NCBI GenBank assembly: GCA_951406725.2
Contig: OX597816.1
Span: 61,814,001 to 61,878,000, forward strand
Reading direction: 5' to 3'
Source of the DNA: Octopus vulgaris
Taxonomy: Eukaryota
DNA length: 64,000 bases
In this document: piece by piece, positions 44,369 through 58,713 of the stretch
Layout of the letters: every line of letters begins with the position of its first letter
Numbering within the stretch: position 1 is the first letter of the stretch
Notes under the pieces: generated by a model
What the model was told of the DNA's origin: nothing
What the model saw: only the letters and a program-made list of their open reading frames with translations
Databases searched by the model: none
Position numbers and translations under genes: made by a program

Positions 44369-44667
44369 CACACGCACACACACGCACACAAACACACACA
44401 CACTCGCACACACACACACGTTCTTGTTTAAGTACTGAGGTCGATTTGTTCGATTAAAACCCTTCAATGCGGTGCCTGCATGGTCGCACTCCAATGATTG
44501 AAACAAGTAAAAGACATATATATATATGTATAATATATGTATATATATAATATATATATATATAATAAATATATGCATGTATATATATTTATATATATAT
44601 TTATATATATGTAATATATGTATCTATCTCTCTCTCTACCTATTTATAAGGTAAAAGTTATACATAT

Positions 44668-44849
44668 AGGGGCAAGAGTGGCTGTGTGGCAAGTAGCTTG
44701 CTTGCCGACCACATGGTTGTGGGTTCAGTCCCATTGCGTGGCACCTTGGGCAAGTGTCTTCTACTATAGCCTCCGGCCGACTAAAGCCTTGTGAATGGAT
44801 TTGGTAGACGGAAATTGAAAGAAGCCTGTCGTATGTATGTATATGTATA

Positions 44850-44898
<49 letters not shown>

Positions 44899-45080
44899 TT
44901 GCATGTCTGTGTTTGTCCCCCAACATCGCTTGGCAACCGATGCTGGTGTGTTTACGTCCCCATAACTTAGAGGTGGCAAAAGAGACCGATAGAATAAGTA
45001 CTAGGCTTACAAAGAATAAGTCCTGAGGTCGATTTGCAGTCAAATGACTGAAACAAGCAAAAGAGTAAAAGAGAAAAGAG
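44668..45080 (+). mobile_element. SINE family B
   Basis: Full family B structure; a tail-only piece also lies at ~44425-44515. Confidence 0.9.
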
Positions 45081-45994
45081 AGTATAACACATACACACAC
45101 ATAATGAAAGCAAGAACATATACAAATATGAATTCAACACTAACGTAATATGTGAGGCTACGATGGTTTATGGTTACATCACGACCACTCTTCCTCTGCC
45201 CTCTTCATATGAGAAGATCTTGCCAACAATTGACTCTAAAAAAATGCAATAAACGAACAATAAATCTAACAAGCTAACATATAAATAAGAAATTGTTATA
45301 CAATAATTAACGATCTCCTAAATGTCCGGCCATTATAAAGATAACCATTTTAAAAGTTAACCAACCATAAACGTAACCAGACTTAATTATCCGCAATAAA
45401 TATAATATACCAGTAGATAATGAAACAATTTACTAAACGATCATCTAGAAATAATAAACCACTATATAGATTATCTATATTGTAGAATTGTGGACCGTTC
45501 ACCTTAAAATTTAACCAACCATTATAAATAGAGTTAACGAAGTTACTTCATCTTGCCAATGAAAGGGACAGGTATTTATTTAGAGTAAATTTAATTTACT
45601 GAAAACCTAACGTCATCAAATATTTCTGGTAGGAAACCGAAGATTTCTGTTCTACACTTTAGTCATCGTATTGTTATGAAAACCAAGTAGAGAAAAGACA
45701 CGCTTCAGATTTCCAAAAGAGTGATATTCTCATTTAACAGAATACAATAATCTATGATGGAGTGTAATACGTAACTTAACTAATTATATTATACGAAGAT
45801 TATTAAACAAAACATAAATATGAACAAAAAGTCTCTAATTTCTTTGCTGATAAAATTGTATTATATTTTCTTCTGTTAGGTTTTGATTTCACATCAGTTA
45901 TTGGAACCAAATAAAGCTCGCCTCGTTTTCGTATTGTGTTAATTTTCCATCACTTATTAAATTAATCACAGCTGGCTTTTCTTCAAGGAACTAA

Positions 45995-46069
<75 letters not shown>

Positions 46070-46881
46070 TATATACATACATATATGTTATAGAGATACA
46101 GACATAGACGAAGACGGTGAATAATAAAAAGATAGGATGACAGCAAAAGAAAGCAACCGACACATTTGCATATGATTGCGTAAAGTAATTAAATGTTGTA
46201 GTCTCAGATACAAGACACTTATGTAAGATGAAGAAATTTATAAATGAGGTTACGATAACTGAATAACAGTTTTTTTTATTAAATTAAGTCGAGTAGATAT
46301 GATCTAATTTCAATTCAAATGCATATACTGTTTGAATTGCTCTCTTCCAGCTGTAGCAATGCGATTCCTTCCTTTCTCGGGCCCCGAACTTCTAATATGT
46401 CGTTGTGGAATTGTCGTTAGCGGTTTCTCATGAGCATTTTGAAATTGGTGGAGCGCATCCCTTGCAATTTAAACACATTTGTTTACTTTAAGAGAGAAGG
46501 AGATAGATAGAAATATAGCTAGCTAGATAGAGAAAGAGAGAGAGAGAGAAAGAAGAAAAGAGTGAGAGAGAGAGAGAAAAGAGAGGGGAAAATGGAGAAG
46601 AAGGATCGACACCATTACTTGTACTTTATTGGTCTGAAAAAGATTAAAGGCTTAACCAACCTGACCACAGTTGTATTTGATCGTATAGGTCCAAAGACTA
46701 GAAATTCGTCGCTCTGGAAACTCAGCTGATTCGCCGCCTTGTAGGTAATGCAATGGTTGCACACACACACATACACATACACAAACACACGCGCACACAG
46801 ACATATGTGAGTGTGTGTGTGTGTGTGTGCATATATGTGTATTTCACGGAAACGTTTCTAACCTTACTTTCACTTCTTTTT

Positions 46882-46962
<81 letters not shown>

Positions 46963-47399
46963 TGTATGTATACATCATGTATACACAAGTACATACAAAC
47001 GTACACAAACAGACTCGCGCACGCACATATATGTATGAATGTATACCGAGGTTATTTTTACTGAAAAAGGTAATGCATTATTTCCTCGCACATCGCATTT
47101 CGTTCACTTGGCTTATTTCTTTCTCCTGAAATGCAAATGCAGCCAATAAATTCAAAGCCTCTGCTGTTGTTTAGCAACGTACCAGTCCTCATTGAGTAGA
47201 TTTATGTAGAAAGGCATTCCACCTCTGATCATCGCGTCTTTTCTTATACCCAGGTTCTAAATTACGCATTATCAAATATCTCCTTTCTTTTATAAAGATG
47301 GTATGGAGAATTAGTTGATTTATTCTCGTAATATGTTAAACGATCACTCGTCGTTGGAATCTAAACTAATTTCGGATGCAGTTACTTGTATATTATGGC

Positions 47400-47800
47400 C
47401 TTGAATACGGTGCAAGTATTAGAATAATACCGACATTGTATATACTCCGATTCTACTGCTGGTTCTCAAAGAAACATCGTAGACCGTATCTAAGAAAAAG
47501 TTACATGCCTGATTGCCAAAATTTACTCACAAACCGGTGACAATCACTTCACTTGGCCATTGATTCACTTTCTCCAGCTCTGCCTCAACAAAGAACATTA
47601 AAGCTTCTACCCTCTGAACTAAGAAACTCCGCGTTTCCTCTACCTAAGCTCACACTTTATCTTCTACACTTCGTCTCCAATGAATCTTATCTGGAAACCT
47701 TGCTCTAGCTTCTTGTTATTTTCTAAAACGTCAACTCACATCCACCTATTTACTTTCTATTAACGTTGTTGGTGTTTATCTTCCTATCAGCCTTGATCGA
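47400..47800 (+). mobile_element. Possible highly degenerate L2/Crack-type LINE C-terminal remnant
   Basis: Interrupted translation (LE*YRH..., IVDRI*EK, SLGH..., SSSAS) loosely resembles the LEYCS...LDRIQ...SL.HRR..SSL pattern of CR1-group LINEs. Confidence 0.3.
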
Positions 47801-47884
47801 ATAAACTCCAAGTTAATGGCATTCCAGTAATGCCCATTCTAACATATTTTCAGGAATAATTTCACTACCGCTATCTTGTAATGT

Positions 47885-48225
47885 GAAGGCGCCAGGTGGC
47901 TTCGTGGTTAGAGCGTCGGGCTAATAATTATGCGGTAGTGAGTTCGATTCCCGGACCGGGCAGTGTATGTGTTCTTGAGCGAGAAATTTTTTTACACATT
48001 GTTGCAGTTTACTCATCTATAGAAATTAGATGCGACGTCTCTGGTGCCAATCTGTATCGGCCTTTGCTTTTCCATTTGGACAGCATCAGTGGCATGGAGA
48101 GAGGAGGATGATATGCATGGACGGCTGCTGGTCTTCTGCAGAGAACCTTAACCGTAATTGTGCCTCGGAGGGTAACTTTCTAGGTGCAATCCCATTGTCA
48201 TTCATGACTGAAGGGGGTCTTTGAC
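47885..48225 (+). mobile_element. SINE family C
   Basis: GGTTAGAGCGTCGGGCT...GAGTTCGATTCCCGGACCGGG head; 3' GCAATCCCAT...GACTGAAGGGGGTC matches 16895-16930 and 17680-17712. Confidence 0.82.
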
Positions 48226-48769
48226 CTTTACCTTGTAATACAAGTCGTGTTTCCTTTTTTAAGACGGTACGGGTGATACAAGGGTAATTTGGAAGCCATT
48301 CCTGTCAGGTCGAGCCATATCATAAAGGTGTCCCCGTAGGGCTTCTTCCGATCATGATTCAACTATAGACATCAATAAGAAGAACTCAAAACAAAGCTAA
48401 ACTTGCTAGAAATAGCAATAAAATATCCTTGATATCGCGCCCTACTGTCTAAGAAAAGGACACTCTAGGACATGTGGCCTTCGATTCTATGAGAAAAAGA
48501 AAAGGCTGTTGAACTAATTCTGAACTAGAGTTAAGGAAGGACAAGAACAAGAAGAAAAACAACTAAAAGAAGTTCATATTGAACATTAATTACATCGAAA
48601 TTACAAAGTGGAGAGGCCTTTAAAAATCACACTTTCCGTTCCTTTTAGTTCAAAATTGATTAAAAAATCATAAAGACCACACGTAGATCATAAAGACCAC
48701 CAGTCGATTCCAAGTTCCAGCTATCGTGCAAAACAGATTCTTTCTAAAGTGGCGTCTTCTTCCACGTCT

Positions 48770-49135
48770 TCTTCGCTTGCAACCACGTGAGTTCGAGTTC
48801 AGTTCTACCGCGCGGTAACTTGGGCAAGTGTCTTCTACTATAGCCCTGGACCGACCAATGCTTTGTGAGTGAATTTGGTAGACAGAAATTGTGTGAAAGC
48901 TCATCGTTAATATGCATATATGTGTGTGTGCATCTTTGTGTTTGTGTGTTGTTACCCATTGTGTGTTGACAACTAGTGTTGGTGTGTTTACATTTCCATA
49001 ATTTAGCGGTTCGGCAAATGATACTGATAGAATAAGTACTAGACTTAAAAAATCTGTTAAACTAAAACACTCACTTCATGGCGGCTCCGCAGAATGGCCG
49101 CAGTCCAATGACTGAAACAAGTAAAGTATATAAGA
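48770..49135 (+). mobile_element. SINE family B, diverged
   Basis: CTTGGGCAAGTGTCTTCTACTATAGCC core and family B tail. Confidence 0.82.
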
Positions 49136-49299
49136 ATAACAATAGCAACACCTTCAAATTCTTTACCTTAGTATCTATGATGCTCTTTTGTGATAACTAC
49201 ATATAACCCCGTATCCAAATTTGCATAATAGAAATTGGATTCTTCAAATCACCAGGACCACTTCATGTGTATAATTCTGTTAACGCTATAAAAAATAAG

Positions 49300-49551
49300 G
49301 ATAAATCTCCTTCCCGTGTAATATAGACACTTAGGGCCAGTTTCCTGGTTTCCGTGGCGTATATATTCCCTAGCTGAACGAGACGCCAGTCCCTCGCAGG
49401 AAAACTCCCTTTTGCGAGCTGAGTGAACTGGGGCAACGAGAGGTGAAGTGTTTTGCTCAGGAACACAACACATCCCTCCGGTCCAGGAATCGAAACCACA
49501 ATCTTACGATCATGAGTCAAACACCCTAACCCCTAAGCCACGCGCCTTCAC
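49300..49551 (-). mobile_element. Family C-type tRNA-headed SINE
   Basis: Minus strand GGCGCGTGGCTTAGGGGTTAGGG...GTTTCGATTCCTGGACCGG head and CCTGAGCAAAACACTT core. Confidence 0.78.
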
Positions 49552-49663
49552 CATTAACATTATAGAAGCACCAAATCCCTACTGAAATATGGAATGGCTC
49601 ACAGTTGTGAAACAGTGCTACCACTACAGGTTTGTATCATAAAAGGTGGTATATCTGATGAAA

Positions 49664-49895
49664 TGGCGGTGAGCTGGCAGAGTCTTTAGCACGCCGGGCG
49701 AAATGCTTAGCGGTATTTCGTCTGCCTTTACGTTCTGAGTTCAAATTCTGCCGAGGTCGACTTTGCCTTTCATCCTTTCGGGGTCGATAAATTAAGTACC
49801 AGTTACGCACTGGGATCGATGTAATCGACTTAATCCGTTTGTCTGTCCTTGTTTGTCCCCTCTGTGTTTAGCTCCTTGTGGGTAGTAAAGAAATA
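49664..49895 (+). mobile_element. SINE family A monomer with TSD
   Basis: GGTATA(T/C)CTGATGAA at 49648-49662 and 49896-49910. Confidence 0.92.
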
Positions 49896-50151
49896 GGTAT
49901 ACCTGATGAATAAGCTTTCACCTAACAAGACCCAATAAAAATACTTGTCTACGAGCACACCTGCATACCTCTATGTGGTCTCTCGGTGTGTTGCAAATAG
50001 GAGGAAAATCTTTCTCATATTACACGCGGCAGCCTGAGAAATGGAGGAACCATTGAATAAAGTAACTGTTACATGTACTATCCTTTGCCTAAAAAGAAAA
50101 TAAAGAAAAATGCAATTGGTACGGCTACAAAGTTTTTGATCATAGATCTAT

Positions 50152-50265
50152 GACGCTGACACCACCACCGACGCTGACACCACCACCGACGCTGACACCA
50201 CCACCGACGCTGACACCACCACTACCGCCGCCGCCACCACCACCACCACCACCACCACCACCACC
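50152..50265. repeat. 18-bp minisatellite GACGCTGACACCACCACC x4 merging into (CAC)n
   Basis: Direct periodicity. Confidence 0.92.
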
Positions 50266-50369
50266 ATGTCTGTCACCACTACCACCACTACCAGTGTTTC
50301 TACTGCAACATCCGTCACCGCAAACCTCCAGCTATGACAGTCAGCTATTACAACGTCCTGCAGCTGCGT

Positions 50370-50560
50370 GGAGGCGCAATGGCCCAATGGTTAGGGTTGC
50401 GGACTCGCGGTCGGAGGATCGCGGTTTCGTTGTGTGTGTTTATTGAGCGAAGACACCTAAAGCTCCACGAGGCTCCGGCAGGGGGTGGTGGCGATCCCTG
50501 TTGTACTCTTTCGCTCCAACTTTCTCTCACTCTTTCTTCCTGTTTCTTGTCCCCGACTTC
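50370..50560 (+). mobile_element. SINE family D (tRNA-like head)
   Basis: GGAGGCGCAATGGCCCAATGGTTAGGG...TTTATTGAGCGAAGACACCTAAAGCTCCAC; matches 61497-61786. Confidence 0.82.
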
Positions 50561-51242
50561 CTACACAACCGATGAGCCTGGATGCGCATTCATCCATCCG
50601 TCGATGCTTTCTCTTCTTACGAATAGCAAAGAACCACGTTTCGGACTTCTCCCATCTTGCGAGCTCTGGGACGAAGACCGTTCGCTCAACAGCAACAGCA
50701 ACCTGCAGCTGCAATCATTATTTCTTGTGTCCATCTCTCCCCTTAAAATACATCATACACTATCCTTTCCTCAAGCCATGCCTATAAATTCTATGATATC
50801 CAATTGATTATTGTATAGATTACTCACAAGAGAAAGGGCAGCGCTCACGAATTCTTTTTACAGAATCTCTGAAAAAACAAGAGACATGGTCCTAATGCGT
50901 GTAACGGACTGATTCCAGTAAATACAGCCAAATGACAGGTATTTGTATCCGGTTGGGTAACTAACTCCGGACATGAGCAGTCCTTTCCGTGTGCTCTCTC
51001 ACAGCTTCAATCTCTCCAATTTTACTTCCACTGTTTGAATCGAGTCAGGACTATGGTGGAAAACTCTTACCCAAGATGCCATGCAAAAGTGATTTTCTTA
51101 AGTGCACGACCAAATTTTATGCAACGATGAAACTTGAATAGAATATTTGACACACTGACTATATGAGAGTGGTGCAAAAGTTCTCATATCACAAGGCGTG
51201 AAGATCACAGAAGTCTATGCACACAAACTTTTTATGCATTAT

Positions 51243-51449
51243 TCTTTTACTCCTTTACTCTTTTGATTGTTTCAGTGATTTGACTGTCGCCATGCTGGAG
51301 CACCGCCTTTAGTCGAGCAAATCGACCCCAGGGCTTATTCTATCGGTATCCTTTGCCGAACCGCTAGGTTACGGGGATGTAAACACACCAACATCGGTTG
51401 TCAAGCGATGTTGAGGGACAAACACAGACACACAAACATATACACACAC

Positions 51450-51486
<37 letters not shown>

Positions 51487-51610
51487 CATACATACATACA
51501 TACATATATACGACGGGCTTTGGTTGGCCTGAAGCTATAGTAGAAGACACTTGCCCAAGGTGCCACGCAGTGGGACTGAACCCGGAACCATGTGGTTGGT
51601 AAGTAAGTTA
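51243..51610 (-). mobile_element. SINE family B
   Basis: Reverse-complement match with small deletions. Confidence 0.88.
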
Positions 51611-53736
51611 CTCCTGCATCTATAGATTACTCACAGGAGATTAAAGAATAAAACAAAATTCTTCACATGTATATAAGAATAATGTATAAAGAATAATGTA
51701 TAAAGAATGATGTATAAAGGATAATGAATATGACGTTCTGAGAACTATCAAAACGTCTGCTCAATCTTTTTTCTTTTTATTAGTTTGCTTTTACTAGTTT
51801 AATTCATTTAGTTTTACTAATTTCACGATCTGAACTGCGATTATGCTGGAGTACCACTTCTAATGATTGTCGCTTGTAATTATATTGTCGCTTGTAATTT
51901 CATCCATTACAAAAGAGACGAAATGTTTAAAGTAAAGTCAATCTTGGTGTTAAGTTGGACTAAACGAAACAATGAATCTGTATTTGAGTTTTACATGCAC
52001 ACATATAGAAACACAACTCACGCGTGCACACATACATGCAGTCAAAAACGCATACATTACAGCGGTTTTCCGCAGAGGTTTCTCTCTCGAAATTTTACTG
52101 AGAAAGTATAAATCAACTCGATGCTAATATACACAAGACACTTGCCCAAAGTCTTTCAAGTCTTTCACTGTGAAATCGAATCAGGTATCCCATGATAAGA
52201 CAACGAATTTTTTAACCACACAGCCTTGCATGTGCCCCAAAACATATATAACTCCACGAATTAAATTATACATATATAACTTCACGAATTAATTCTATTA
52301 CTTTGCCTTTCAATCATTAACTATTTAATCAGTTAAGATGTCTTTTATTTTCTATTAGCCATAAGAAAATACCGTTGTCTATAGATTAATTGGAACTGAA
52401 ATTACATGATTTTGTTTACGGTTTCATAAAGCTTTTAAAGTCCATTTAAAGAGATAAATTCTGTTCCAAGAACATCGTATAGTTTTACATTTCCCTACAT
52501 CAATACAGAATATTGAATTTATCATTCGTCTCTTAATGCCGTGGTAAACTCTTGTATTTTAAATTAAAAGAACTTACTATTCCTGGCTGGAAACGAAGAG
52601 TTCATTTGAAATGTTAATGCAATATTTGTTTAACAAGTTATTCACTTAGCAAGTTCATTTGTCCATTTAAGTTGCCAAACTTGAAAGCCACCGAAGTGTC
52701 ATAGATTTACAAAACTTGTTGCATTTGCAATCTTGTTGACCTCCTCATTCTTTTACTTTCATCCTTCTCTCCTCTCTCTTTCCATTTCTATCTCTTTTCG
52801 CACCTCTTGGAATTTTTATTTTTCTCTTCGTCGGTCAATATCTCTTGCTACATACACTCATGGGACTATATGAATATTTATACCTACTAAATACGCAATC
52901 ACTCACATACCTATAAATACACACACACACACACACACACACGTGTACACAGACACATACACACAGACACACAGACACGCACGCACACACACACACACAC
53001 ACACACTCACACACACACACACACACACTATGAGAGTACCCGGAATTGTTCAAGTAAGAAAGTGGCTGTAAAACGTAAATGAATTAAACTAGTAAAACTA
53101 AATTAATAGAATGAAAATATTGGTCTAATTCAAACATCTCAAAAAAAAAAAACAAAAAAAAAAAAACAAAGACCGGATTAAGTTAATCTGAATGCTATGT
53201 TATAAAAATTTGGAAATAATATTGAAATAATATTATTACTTATTCATGAAATCCTTCAATTCTAAAAGTAATTTGAAACAAGAGCAGAAGCCCAGAGAGT
53301 CGGAAAGGTAAATAATTCATAGAAACAGACTTATCGTTACAACATTTGGAAAGCGAGGTGTCTAGAGGAAACACACATCCAAATATTGGAACTGCCCTGA
53401 AAAATAAATGGTATTAAGAATCACGATGAATCCCTGCTTATATGGTATTAGATCTGTACCTATTATCACCTTGATAATTTTCAACATTTCCGTATCGTCA
53501 CAATACTCGATATATCTTAGGTGTTCGAAGGAGCACATATCTTCGTAGGAATGGATAACCTGGGTATAACTACATTCTTTCTTTTGGTGCACTCAGTGAT
53601 ATGGTATCGATTACATGTAGCGTCAAGTTCATTACCTCTTACCTTGTTATCTGATATATGGAATTGCATTTCAGACCTGGGGAGTCAATGTATTATGTAA
53701 TGCGTTTATTGCTTATATACCGAAATCATAGATACA

Positions 53737-54324
53737 ATATTCTTTTCTACTCTAGGCACAAGGCCCGAAATTTATGGGGAGGAGGCCAGTCGATTAGATC
53801 GACTCCAGTACGCAACTGGTGCTTAGTTTATCGACCCTGACAGGATGAAAGGCAAAGTCGACCTTGGCGGAATTTTAACTCAAATCGTAAAGACAGACGA
53901 AATACCTATTTCTATTTCTTTACTACCCACAAGGGGCTAAACACAGAGGAAACAAACAACGACAGACAAACGGATTAAGTCGATTATAGCGACCCCAGTG
54001 TGTAACTGGTACTTTATTTAATCGACCCCGAAAGGATGAAAGGCAAAGTCAATCTCGGCGGAATTTGGACTCAGAACGTAGCGGCAGATGAAATACATAT
54101 TTCTTTATTACCTACAAGGGGCTAAACATAGAGGGGACAAACAAGGACAGACATAGGTATTAAGTCGATTATATCGACCCCAGTGCGTAACTGGTACTTA
54201 ATGTATCGACCCCGAAAGGATGAAAGACAAAGTCAACCTCGGCGGAATTTGAACTCAGAACGTAGCGGCAGACGAAATACCGCAAAGCATTTCGCCCGGC
54301 GTGCTAACGTTTCTGCCAGCTCGC
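53737..54324 (-). mobile_element. SINE family A tandem array (3 body units under one head; distal unit with the older tail)
   Basis: Three repeated cores joined at AGAAATA|(G/T)GTATTTC junctions; ATA(G/A)ATACAATA flanks both ends. Confidence 0.9.
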
Positions 54325-54542
54325 AATAAATACAATACTATAGCATTCGTTGGTTGTCTGGCGTCATGTGAGAGAAACAAAATCTGTGTAACGATGCTTT
54401 ATGCTGTAACAATGTCTTGGGGCCTATTGGAGGAAGGTCTTTAATATGGCTGAAGAGTCAGCAGAGGTTTTCTCAAGATGGCTGTGGTTCAGAAGCGAGC
54501 TCTAGAAATGGCAGTACCGTAAGAGCTATGTATATCTATCTT

Positions 54543-54606
<64 letters not shown>

Positions 54607-55161
54607 CATACATACATGTATACATACATACATACATGTATACATACGTGCGTGTGTATATACATAAATAAGTATTTATATGTTTATATCTATATCCATA
54701 TACATGCATACGTATATGTGTGTGGGTGTATGTATGCCTTACGTTTCCGTTATCGCGTTGACACTTGTCATGTCTAAATAATTTACTTCCGTTCGCGTAA
54801 AGGCATTTGCAAACGTTTACATATTTCAATGTGTTTATTCTAAACCAGTCCTCAACCGCATGTTTTGTTTTTTACGCAAGTTGACTGTTGATTATATCAT
54901 GCCTGCATTTCATATAAGTTTTACGTCTCATAACATTTCTCAAAAATATGTATACTTTGTGACCAACAGTTTTATCGCTATGTCTAACGAAAGTTAATCG
55001 TTCACACATTCATTTTGTTTTTGTCTTACAAATGATGATAAGCAAAATGAGAAGCGTAATTTATTACGTTTTAATTACTCTAAAATATTAGCCACCAATA
55101 ATTTCATGATAAATATTCACTTCTTCAAGTATCGTTGCTTTATAAAAGTACAAGAACTACA

Positions 55162-55219
<58 letters not shown>

Positions 55220-55326
55220 AAAATACGTACAACAGCGAAATTAATCATTTCGCCAGAGTCTACTCTCTATGCAAATTTAACTGTGATGTTTTTTCAACAT
55301 TTCTCCTTTCCTTACTTAGCAATATC

Positions 55327-55427
55327 TCATCATCATCATCATCATCATCATCGTAATCTTCGTCGTCGTCGTCGTCATCATCATCATCATCGTCGTCGTC
55401 GTCATCATCATCATCATTATCATTATT

Positions 55428-55478
<51 letters not shown>

Positions 55479-55534
55479 GTTGTTGTTGTTGTTGTTGTTG
55501 ATGTTTTTGTTTTTGTTGTTGTTGTTGTTGTAGC

Positions 55535-55568
<34 letters not shown>

Positions 55569-55572
55569 GCTG
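55327..55572. repeat. (CAT)/(CGT)/(TAT)/(TGT) compound trinucleotide repeat
   Basis: Direct periodicity. Confidence 0.95.
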
Positions 55573-56157
55573 TACCTTCTTATCAGTTTTCCAATATAAA
55601 CTCTAAATTGGAAAGAGACACATTATTTTTAAAAAAAATGTAATAAGATCAAGAACAAAATAAATCATAAATAAACGCAACAAAAGACAAAAAAAAAAAA
55701 AAAAAGCCGCAAATTTTCAATAAAGTTTCGCGTTATTCTGTATACTTATTTATTCATTTATTAACATTTCCTGAACTGAAAAACTACAAGAACTAATTAC
55801 TCTTTAATTTATCACTGTCTGGATCATGGAAAAGTCAACAAAGAAGAACTATATTAGACTTCCATAAAAATATACATGATTTTTGAATATTAAAATTCTT
55901 GCTCTCTATATATTGTATTCTTTATGTTTTGGTTTCATGATTATATTCTCGCTTTAAAGAACTTCATTGCAAACTGAAATATTAAAAACAGGAATCATAA
56001 TCAGACAAGCGTGTTACAAGTAGACATCTTGATGTTGTTATTGTTGTTGATGTTTAGTCCCAGGTCGGTTCCGATCAAGAAAATAAAAGCCTTTATGAAC
56101 ATAACGCTGTGTAAAGTGAACCTTTTCCCCCTATGTCTTTTTCCCTATATTTACACA

Positions 56158-56535
56158 GGCGCATGCGTGGCTGTGTGGTAGGGAGCTTTCTTCCAAATCG
56201 CATGGCACCTTGGGCAAGTGTTTTCAACTATAGCCTCGGGTTGACCAAAGCCTTGGGAGAGGATTTGGTAGACGGAAACTGAAAGAAGCCCGTTGCCCAT
56301 TTATATGTATATATCTATATGTGTGTGTGTCTTTGTGTCTGTGTTTGTCCTCCACCACCGCTTGACAATCGGTGTTGGTGTGTTTACGTTCCAGTAACAT
56401 AGCGGTTCGGCTAAATAGAACGGTAAAATAAGTACTAAGTTTACAAAGAATGTCTTAGGGTCGGTTGAAATCCCTTCAAAGCAGTGCCCCAGCACAGCTA
56501 TAGTCAAATGACTGAAACAAGTAAAAGAATAAAAG
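56158..56535 (+). mobile_element. SINE family B
   Basis: Family B head, core and tail. Confidence 0.85.
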
Positions 56536-56543
56536 TATATGTA

Positions 56544-57132
56544 ATGGGTCATCCCATAAATAATGCAGTTTTTTCAATTGCATGAACTAAAATTTGGAGG
56601 GGGACGGGATAAACTACCTGCATCAACTTGCTATAAAAGCAGGTAGTAATTTTACTTTGTCATTATTCTTAGTGAAAATTTTGAAGAGTGCATTTCAATT
56701 TTAACAGTTATTTTTTCAAAGCTATAATGGAAGTGACAAAGGAGCATGTTCGGCATATTTTGCTTTATGAATTCAATAAAGGCAATAACGCAATGGAAAG
56801 TGCGAGGAATATTAATGAAGTATATGGGAATTGGACAATAAGTGTAAGCCAGTGTCAACGGTGCTTCCAGAAATTCCAAGCCGAAAACTACAGCCTAGAA
56901 GAGGAGCCTGATCCTGGAATATTTGTAGAGCTCGACGAGCACGTCTTGCAAACCCTAATGGAACAAAATCCCATCGTAACTGTTGAGGAACTAGCAGAGG
57001 AGCTTGGAAGACAGATGGAAGAGCATTGTAGGAAATTAGGAGAGCATATTTTAGATTAAAAAATAACTTTATCTTAGCTTTGAAAATTAAGAGAAGTATA
57101 AGAAAACCCGCGTTATTGATAGGATGATCTAA
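56544..57132 (+). mobile_element. Internally deleted mariner retaining the N-terminal HTH ORF (56727-57059)
   Basis: Imperfect TIRs (ATGGGTCATCCCATAAATAATGC / GCGTTATTGATAGGATGATCTAA) with TA. ORF MEVTKEHVRHILLYEFNKG...FQKFQAENYSLEEEP...TVEELAEELG is fused to C-terminal GEHILD*. Confidence 0.9.
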
Positions 57133-57159
57133 TACATACATACACACATATGGCACACT

Positions 57160-57450
57160 GCAGAATACGAGGACGAGGGTTTCAGTTGACCCGATCAACA
57201 GAAACGGTATAGCCAGCTTGTGAATTTAACGTGCAAGTGGCTGAGTAATCTACAGACATGCGTACCCGAAACATCGTTCTCAGGGAGATTCAGCGAGATA
57301 CAGTATGAGACAAGGCTGACATTTTAAATTACATAAACTGCTCATTTTTGCCAGTGGACTGGAGCAACGTGGAATAAATTGTCTTGGTCAAAGATACAAC
57401 GCATTGCCGGTTTTCAAACGCACAACCTTGCGATCAGGAGGTGAATACTT
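57160..57450 (-). mobile_element. Family C-type SINE, degenerate
   Basis: AACGTGCAAGTGGCTGAG...TTCTCAGGGAGATTCAGCG...GTGGACTGGAGCAACGTG matches 32550-32720. Confidence 0.75.
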
Positions 57451-57487
57451 TCACGCGCACACATGCACACACACAATCGCACACACA

Positions 57488-57571
<84 letters not shown>

Positions 57572-57939
57572 CGCGTGTACGCGTGTGTGAATATATATAT
57601 ATATATATACACACACACATACATATATAAACTGTATATGCCAATATGATGATGACGATGGCGACGGCGGCGGCGACGACGACGATGATGATGATGACGA
57701 TGACGAGGACGTCGACGACGATGACAGTTCGAGAAAGACGGTTCGGCAATTTCTTGCTAAATAACCTGTACAAATGATTTGCTTATAGTGATCAAATTCA
57801 TGTGTTGTAAATTAGATCACTCACTCCAACAAATAGGTTCACGATGTGCCACACGTCTGGTATCGAAGTGATAGCAGAGAAACGTGATACGAAGTGTTTT
57901 GTGCAAGAAAAACTGTCTTCGTATCAGAACTTGTTGCTT

Positions 57940-58584
57940 CTGCATACCTGACGACGCTATGAACACCAGTCCTCTTCGAACCAACCTCAACTGGCCTTAA
58001 ATGCGTCTGCTGATGTCTCCTGTCGATGTTCCAGGGTTCTTCTTCAGGAGATCCTCATACAGCGCTCGTACTTTCTCAAAGATGATGGTCTCCGTAATCG
58101 TATGCCCTGCGAATTGTTTCTCGATGATCCACGAAAGCAATTTTACCGTCTCTTCGTGGACAGATGTGCGTTGCTTGGAGAGCCTGGACACACATTTTGC
58201 TTTTGTAACAACGGCTTTGATCGTGTCCTTTTTCTTTAAGATAGTGCAGATCGTTGACGTGTTTCGGTCGTATTGACGTGCTATGTCCACTACACGCACC
58301 CCTCTCTCATGTTTAACAATGATTTCCTTCTTCAGCTTTTTCTTCTCTCCAGCACTGTCCTTTGCTCCAAACTTCTTAGGACCCGACCTTAACACAACTT
58401 ATTGAACGAGGGGAGGCTGTGCTACATGGGAGGCGTGTGCGAGCTCAGCGCCGATTAGAGCTCGCATGTATGAAACTCGCTCGTACTGCGGATTTCCGCT
58501 CATCACGACAAAAATTCTCACGACCCACGGCTCGTGTAGCAAATTTGCCGTACAATGATCCACTGTTACTACGAGGTTCTACTG
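57940..58584 (-). mobile_element. Tigger/pogo-type DNA transposon 5' fragment (CENP-B-like HTH domains)
   Basis: Terminal TA|CAGTAGAACCTCG. ORF GPKK...KKEIIVKHERGVRVVDIARQYDRNTSTICTILK...KLLSWIIEKQFAG...IIFEKVRALY, then frameshifted KAS*GWF. Confidence 0.88.
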
Positions 58585-58651
58585 TATTTGATATTGATCG
58601 TTCAATTTTGTTAATATTTTGTTACTCTTACCTTAACGGAATAATAAATTG

Positions 58652-58713
<62 letters not shown>

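Noticed and set aside
50150-50446. Proline-rich ORF (TLTPPP repeats)
   Set aside because: Product of an 18-bp minisatellite, (CAC)n and a SINE head.
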